From a virus: a stretch of DNA of 64,000 nucleotides. How positions within the stretch are numbered: position 1 is the first letter of the stretch; every line of letters starts with the position of its first letter. The position numbers and the translations under genes are program-made. Below, in pieces: positions 39,393 through 48,300 of the stretch. Below the pieces are notes generated by a model that was not told the origin of the DNA, did not search any database, and saw only the letters and a list, made by a program, of their open reading frames with translations. The stretch covers positions 64,001-128,000 of IMG/VR virus record IMGVR_UViG_3300030098_007301; one strand, written 5' to 3'.

Positions 39393-42300
39393 TTAAATCC
39401 TTTTCTTCAATTCCTGAACTTCCTTATAAAGTTCTTTAAATCCTCCCAACAGTACTGTCACTGCTCGACTATAATTTACACTGGAAGGATTACCTTTTTC
39501 GTCCTTCTCGACCAATTCCGGAAACAATTCCGCAAGTTCTTCCGCGATTAAACCGATTTCTTTTTTCTTCTTATTTTCTTTTCTGTTGTATTTTACTGGG
39601 CGGATTTTATTTATTATATCCAAACTTGGAGTATAAGTTTCAACATTTTCTTTTATAGCGATACTTGAAGTTTCAGTTAAGGTTCCTGTCACGGTAACTC
39701 CGCCACTCGTAGTTTCAAATTTCTTGCTGTTGTCATAGTATAACTCAACGGCACCATTTGCAGTCGCATTTAGTAAGTGCTCAGTAGAAGACTTGAACCT
39801 AATATTGCTGTTTGTGTCTAAAATTATGTCACCAGTTGATGCTTCTTTTATATAACTGTTAGAACCATCGTGGTAAATTTGCAGATCGTCACCATTACCG
39901 TATACAGATTTAACATTATCCCGCATTCGGACTAAGTCCATTGACTCATCCCATTCCCAATATCGCCCAGAGGTAGCACCAAAAAAACGAACATCATGAC
40001 CTGCATCATCTACGCCTACCCTCACGATTCCATTTACATGCAATGAAGCTTCTGGCGAAGTTGTTCCTATGCCAACCCTATCCCCATCGCCGTCAACTGT
40101 TAATATAGGAGTAAGAGCACTACCAGCATTATTATACTCTCCCATATCTAAACGTGAGCCAGTCTTTCTTATACCTAAGCGGTGGTAAGCCGTGTCTGTT
40201 CCATGGAATTGTATTTCTGCTCCCGCCGAAGTGCCACGACTAATCATCAAGTCACCAACAGGGTCTCCACCTATACCAACATTTCCGTCATCTGATATCA
40301 CTAATTTAGGACTCGCAAAATTAGCTCCAGTTGAAAAAACAAAAGCATTATTAATTGCGTCGTCATTACCTATTGTCCATCTATCTGCGTAAGTATCAGC
40401 GGCAACAGTTTCTCTGAAAAAGATTTTAGTTTCGCCACTCGAAGAAATCCTTATAGCGCCATTAATAATATCTAGTCTTTGCCCCGGAGTTATGGTTCCT
40501 ATACCTACGCTACCGTCAGAAGTAATTCGCATCGCTTCATCACTCGCAGTAATTCCGTTAGTTTTGAAACGGACGTAGTCTGTTGAAGCAAGAGTAAGTC
40601 CGTAGCCGGTGTTAACTGCGTTAATTTCAAATTGGTTAGTTCTGTCGGTTCCTCCGCCAGTAGCTCCCCATAAATTTATATATGATGTTTTTGAATTATT
40701 AGTTAAGGATATAGTTGGGCCAACTGCATCATTTTGCTTAATATGTAATATTGTTCCCGGATTGTTTGTTCCTATTCCGACATTGCCGTCATTCTTAACG
40801 ACCATTCGTGACGCACTATTAAGTCTGTCGTAAATTTCTAAAGAACTGCCTGCAGATATATTTGTACCGATTTCCCAACGATTTGCTACTGTTCCACCTA
40901 CGTTAGACTTAAACCAAACTGAAGCATTTGCATTAGCTGTGCTTGACTCTATATGAACTATTGAAGTCGTTCCTTGGACATGAAGTTTTTGGGCTGGACT
41001 TGTTGTTCCTATGCCGACACTCCCTGTAGTTTTCGCAATAGTGAAAGGAACTAAAGTGCTAGTAACATCCGTTATTCTAAAGCCATTTGTAAAGTCAGCA
41101 CTAATGTCATAGACATAGTTTGAGCTTGTAGAATCTTCAAGCCGAAGCGCTGCAGTTCCTCCGAACTTGATGTGAATTGGTTTAGCGGCGACATTACTCA
41201 CTGACGAATTACCAAATATTCCAGTCGTAGCTCTAAGTTGGCCATTTACTTCCAGCTTATTAGCGGCATTTGGAGAGACGTTAATTCCTACTGACGTTCC
41301 GTTGTCAGTTATTTGGGAGTTTCCTATCGTATCACTGTCGGTCCACTTAGTTACCTTATTGGCTGTACCTGAACCATCTACTGCTCCGGCCCCGATTGCG
41401 GTTTCTATAACATTCCCGGATGAATCTACAGATAATTTATAAGCAGCAGTCCCCGTATGAGTTCCCGATCCGTATTTATATAACGTGAACATCCCTGTTA
41501 CGCCTGACAAATTTAACAATAAGTCACTAGCTGAGACTGCCCCTGTGCCTGCGTGCCTACCTATTTGAAACCTTTGATGCGACTCTGCGTTGTCATTCCC
41601 ATTACTATCTAGATTTATGAAAAGTCCACCGTATGTGTTAATTCTTATATCGTCATCCGCATTACCCGAAGAATTACGAGAGGAAATAGAATGGTGGGCA
41701 TTATTGTCACCAAAAAAGGTGATATAATCACCCTTTGTTTCAAAGTTAATGTTACCGTCGACAGTTAGGTCGCTATTAATGTAAGTAGCACCGTTTACAT
41801 AAAGCTTTGCGCTGGGGTTCGTTATTCCTATACCGACATTGCCGCTGTCTTGAACTGTAAGAGTTTGAGTATTATTCTCTGTGCCTATATAAACTCTTCC
41901 AGCTGTTCCAAGCCCATCTGCGCGAAGATAGACATCATTGGACGTATCAATATAGAACATTCCTCTATGCCAAGAGGTAGAGTTAGCAGCGTTTTCATAA
42001 TCCTTGTTCCAGACCTCAACATACGATTCCCTAACTGTAGTGCCATTTGGCATCACGCGTAATGCCATAGCGTTGTCTGCAAGAGGTCTTAAATGAGCGT
42101 AATGATCAGCAGTTTGAGCTTTTCCTAAAGTAAATCCAAGGCTCCCGCCTTGAACTGTTATTTTAGTAGCAGTAGTATTCGCGGTTGAGTCCTCTACATG
42201 AAGTCTTGTAGCTGGAGTATTTGTTCCTATACCAATATTACCACCGAAACGAATTACAAAACGATCAGCGTAAGTTGTATTGCTACCAGTCACGCCTGAG

Positions 42301-45300
42301 AATCTGAGGTCTCCTTGACTGTGACCATTACTTTCTCCTGTGGTGTTAGCACCGGGAGTAACTACATTTATCCTCCAATAGTCTTTATTTAATCCACCGT
42401 AATCATCTATAGGTCGATTGCTTCCAAAAGCTAGCATTTGATACGTATTGTTAGAAACAATATTTTGAGTGATTCTTTGTTTTCCAACTACGTCTAATTT
42501 TTCTACTGGACTATTTGTTCCTACGCCAACACTTCCATTAGAAAGATATAAAACATTAGATACTCCCCCAACATCAAATTGAATTTTATTACTATTGTGA
42601 CTTCCTAATATTCTAGTATTTTCATTATTCCAATCTATAGATTCACCATTTGGCAATCTTAAGCCTCCCCCTACCAATTCTAATAATTTACCCGGGTCTG
42701 TTGTTCCTATACCAACAAAACCAGCCGAAGAGCCTGTTCCACCACGAATTGTCATGGCTACAGTGTCTGCTGGGGCAAATTGTATTAAATTTCCATCTGT
42801 GGCTGACTGGTAATAAGTAGTAAACTTCAACTTGTTTTGCCCCGACTGATCAAATACTATATCAGCCGTTTGGGTTCCGCCGCTGGAATGTTCAAAATGA
42901 ATCTTGGGTGCAGTGGCACTACCAGCGGTTGTAGCCCTAAGTTTGAGAAGATCAGGGCCAGTACCTTGAACATGAAGAAGATAACCCGGATTATTTGTTC
43001 CTATACCTACAAGGCCCTCTTTATTAATAACCATTCTTTGCCGGATGCCTTGCGTCGCAGCACCAGCCGTTGCAAAAATTAATTCACCATCAATCCAACT
43101 ATCGCTATTCCCTGTACCTAATGGTGATCTAGCATAAATAGCTGCCGTCGCCGCCTTATAAGGACTAGATCCAGTTTCCCTTTTTGCGAAAAGAAGCATT
43201 GGGGAGAACCCGCCTGCGGTAGTGTCGTCATTATATAATATTAAACCGGGTTTTGTTGGACCAGTCGTCGTTCCATCTGAAATAGCGATTAACGCTCTAA
43301 AATCATCAGTATTAGTAACAGAAGGATCATAGTCGCTGTGGCTACCTGTGTTGGCGATATAAATATCATTACCGCCATATGCAGTTCCCGGTATTGTATA
43401 ATTAGCGCCTATTTGTAATTTACCAGTGGGGTTACCTGTGCCTATGCCAACATTACCAACAGAGGTAATACGCATATGCTCAGTACCGTTATTTGTGAGA
43501 AATTTGATATAATCATCATCCTTACATTGAATTGTCCAATGGGTACCTGCGTCTAAAAATCCTACCATGCCACCGTTTGCATATATATAACCATCTGTAT
43601 TACCCGCGCTATCTTCAAACTGTATTCCTGTATCAGCACCTGAGCCTTTTATTTTAAGCGATGAATTATAACCTCCGCCTGCTATTTCTAACTTTGAATC
43701 AGGACCTGTTGTACCTATACCAACTTTTCCATCTTGCTGGATGGTCATTTTAGCATTAGTTATCGACATAGGGTCACTATTATGACCTGCAGTAAACATT
43801 AACTTTTCAGTCCCAGCAGTACCATTACCTACTTGCAATATAGCGCAACCATAATTACCCGCTGCCCGCTGCAAATAAATAGCTGAAGATACAGCATCAT
43901 TAGCTCCAGTTTTAAATAGATTTAATAAAGCTGCTGGAGCGTCTGTTCCTATACCAACATTACCGTCAGCCAAGATACGCATCTTTTCAGACATCGTTCC
44001 ATCTTTTCTGGTCTCAAAAAATAGATCAGCAGTCCTATTCGCTGAAGTAGAAAAATCTTCTATGGCGATCGCGCGAACTGATGCACCGTTGATTCCGTTT
44101 GCAGGGCAAAAATATAGATTAGAGGTATTGTTAGCGGTAGCCGTATTATTGGAAAGGTAAAAATTAGCAGTAGTAGCATGAGTGCTTTGAAAAATTGCAA
44201 CATCAGTGTTGCTGGTTTGAACTTTTAGTCTTGCATTTGGATTATTTATCCCTATACCTACATTACCTCCAACAACATGCATGGTTTCGGTATCAGTGCC
44301 CGCCACTATAGTACTAAACGTTAAACGGCCATCTTCTTCTGTATCAGTATTATCAACAATAAATGATTCGATTGTACTGTACCGCGTATTATTTCCTCCA
44401 TCATCTTCAGCATCAAAACGAATAAAATTAGCAAGACCAGCATTAGTAGCAAAATCTGTTCTAAAAGTAATACCAACTGGCCCCACTCCATTATTATCAA
44501 AAAACACTTCTTGAGCAGAAGCTGAATCTGTATGTATATGGAAAATAGTTGCGGGAGCATCTGTTCCTATGCCAACATTACCGTCATTTTGTATTGTTAA
44601 AGCTTCTGTAGTATTATTAGTAAAGAATGATATATTAGAGTTTTCATAGTTTTGAATTCTCAAAGCAGAGGAGTTGTAACCTATCCTTGCTCCGTCTGTA
44701 GCTGTAGCTCCTAATCCCCCATCTGTAATTCTAATGTAACCAAAACCATCTGCACTTCCATGAACATGTAAAGCGTTGGCTGGATTTGTTGTCCCTATAC
44801 CAACATTACCATCCCTTGTGAGCGACATTATGTCAGATTTAGTACCAGAAAAATTACGCCTAAAGGTTAAACCATCTACCCCACTTATGCCTATATAATA
44901 ACCTTTTCTCTCTCCTGTCCTTTCTATGTAAATTCCGTTTTCAGCAGAAGTGCCAGTTTGTTTTATCGCTAGGGCTGCGGTCCCCAAGTCATTAGCAGCG
45001 TCAGAGAATGAACCCCCAATATGTAAATCTGCTTTAGGGGCGATTTGTCCTATACCAACATTACCGTCGCCAATAATACGCACTTTTTCTGAAGATGTAC
45101 CAGCATTGTCTGTGGAGAACGAAATGTAACCGGTATTGTTAGCTCCCGTAGTCCCCCCTTGAATCATTGCTACTCCACCGACATTATTTCCAAAAAGTAT
45201 TGTACCAACAATATCTGTGGTATTGTTATTGGCATGTTTTAAGAATATTTCCGCCCCTTCGTCATGCGCCCCATCACTTAAAAGTTGTAATAGCGAAGCT

Positions 45301-48300
45301 GGAGCATCTGTTCCTATACCGACATTTCCGTCAGATTGGATACGCATTCTTTCCGCTAACGTATTGCTTGCTTCAGTATGAAAAGTTAGATTACTGTTTC
45401 CTGCTGAACCATAAAAGTTAGCGATAACTGCGTCGGCTGAAGCCCCCGCGGTACCCGCTACAGATAACCCCAAACTAACAAATTGCCCGTTTGCAGCAGT
45501 GCTATAGTTACTTAACTTTAAAGCATTATCGTTCTGGGCATTGCTTATTGAAGTCGCTGATGAACTTTTTTCAACTTGCAAAGGGTTTCCGGGGTCAGCT
45601 ACTCCTATGCCAACTCCAGTAGATTTAACCACTAAATGATTGTCATTAAAACTTGCGCTAGCATTAAATTTCAAAGCGGTAGCGGAATGGTCCCATCCTA
45701 TTTTTGCATTAGTAGCGGTATCCGCTAATAAGAAATAGATATCATGCGAAGCCCCTCCTTTTATCTCTACGCCAACGTGATTGTCAGTCTGAACTCTAAG
45801 AGGTATATCGTTCCCAGCGATATATACGTGAAGCCTTTCAGCTGGAACTGTTGTTCCTATACCGACTTGACCGCCATTTAGGAAACTAACTGTCGGCGTA
45901 GCGCCACCTGCTAAAAAGTCTAACCTGTCTTCGGTGGCGGTTTTTACAAACTGTATATCGAAGGCGTTTGCTGCCGCTCCGTTCTTGCTATTAAATCGAA
46001 GTTTAGCGTTTCCTGTTGAGGTATTTAATTTGCCAATATTTAAAATAGGGGAGGTATAGTTTAGCGTTAATTCCCCCGCCATTTGAACTGAAGTATTACT
46101 TGGAACTGTGATAATGGAGTCCCCAATCGTATCGGAGTCTGTCCATCTTGGGATAGTATTAGCGGTACCGGAGCCATCGACATATCCTGCTCCAATCGCC
46201 GTCTCTATAATATTTCCGCTGGAGTCTACCGATAATCGGTAAGCAGTAGTTCCTGTATGAGTTCCGCTGCCGTAAGAATTAAATTGGAGTTGGCCGTCGC
46301 CCTTAATAGCCAGTCGAGTGGCCGTGTCAGTAACATCGTAAAATTCTAAAACTCCATTAACAGTTTGACCATCTACAATTCTCCAATTCTGAGTTGTGCT
46401 TCCCGTCTTCTTAATTTCAAAACCTACTGTAGAATTAGATGCAACTTCAGCTTTTACTATAGTGGTCCCTAAAGTTTTATTAAGATGAAGGAGCTCATCA
46501 GGAGAAGTTGTTCCTATGCCAACTTTACCGTCAGATAAAATGCGCATCCGTTCTGAACCGCCAGTATCAAAAATTGTCTCGTTAGTTCGTAAGCGGAAGG
46601 TCCTAAAACCAGTATTTGCAGTATTGGATGAGAGAACCTGAATTTCGTTTGAAACGCTATCGGGATCAACGCGCCAGTTACCTTGTGTGCCTAATACGTT
46701 GAATTTTGATAAAGGCGCATTTGTACCTATGCCGACATTACTGTCAGATGTAATACGCATCGCCTCGTCTATCGTATATTGAGTGCCGGTCCGGGTAACA
46801 TTAAAAGTTAGAGCTTCGTTCCAATAATTTCCATAAGCAGTAGTTTTAACTGAACGTATATAAATTCCGTAGCCAGCTGTCCCAAGACCTCCTAAACGTA
46901 TTCCTGTATAACCACCTATACCTCCAAGTTCATTTCCTCCAAAATATGCAGCATCTTCTGATGCGTTAGAGGAGTTTGACCCTGATGTAGAAGGCATTAC
47001 CTGAAGTCTATTAAGGGGAACAGTTAAACCTACGCCAACATTACCATTAGTCAGAAGTGACATTATGTGGACTGGCGTGGCAGTCGGATTAACGGAAGAC
47101 AAGTCACAAGTAAACGCCAACCTGTCTCCTGTTGCAGTAGTGTCTGCTAGGGCTTGTATTCCCCACCACTGTCTATGGTTAGTTGAGTTATTATACGAAT
47201 TGGAACTGAAATATAGTTTAGGAGAATTGAAAGCGGCTCCTGTGAAATGTTGAAATAGCTGAACATATCCATGATGGAACAAATCACCATTGTTCATTCC
47301 AACATTTACGTCTAAAGCTGCAACTCGGCTATTGCCAGAATCTGGTTGATTTCTGTGGTAAATTCTTGCGGTAGGAAGATCGTCTGTGAAACCGCCGTTA
47401 TGATAAATATCTAACTTTGCTGCTCCGGGCTGATCTGTTCCTATACCAGCACGACCATTGTTTTTGACAAAGAAGCCTGTTCCCGCTCCTGTATAGGTAG
47501 CTAAGGCGTATACCGTGGTTCCCGTGTTCGATGAACAGTCTATGCTTAGGCCATAGCCATTAGCGTTTGAGTTTTTGATAATAACAGCCCAGTCAGCAGC
47601 ATTTTCCAGCACGTTGAGCTTTACTCCCGGGTCCGTTGTTCCTATGCCAACTTTACCGTCATTCTTAATTATGAATGGAGCCGAAGCGTGATGAACATAA
47701 AAGAACGTTGAAGCAGGACAATCAGTATCCGAATTATCTTGATTGATAACAAACGGATGATAATGAAGCCCAGCTTTTCCGCCATCTTGAATCCAAAAAG
47801 TATTATTAGAAGATGAGTCAGTTGTTTTGAAAGTTAATCCAGTGCTACCAGCTGTTCCTTTTATTTCTAATTTTGCATCTGGATCAGTTACGCCTATACC
47901 AACATTTCCGTCGGACTTAATGCGCATTCTCTCCAGAATATTTGGAACACTCCCAGAAGCATCTGAAGTAAAAAACCTCATATCGGAAGTATGAGTTGCT
48001 CCCGGCTCCGTTACTTGAATTCTAGCTGTTGGGTTAGCGTGAGTTGTTGTTCTTGTGAAATCTATTACTCTAACGTTGCCACTTGATGACCCTATTTCTA
48101 TTCCGTCATTATCAGCAGAAGCAATAACCTCTAAAGTCTTGCCCGGAGACGCTGTTCCTATTCCAACGCTAGCATGACTAACATTTATAACTTTTTCTAT
48201 ATTATCTGTCCCGTGTTCCCTTGCTCCAATATGAACCATGCCTCCATATTGCCCGTCTCCAGCATTAGGTCGACTCGCCCATACCCCTGCTAAAACAGTT

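Noticed and set aside
39385-39400. Stop-codon readthrough fusing the 3791 and 1001 aa fibres (in-frame TAA-ATG)
   Set aside because: TAA is the least leaky stop, and the upstream protein ends in a normal terminal S74 chaperone. There is no other sign of recoding.
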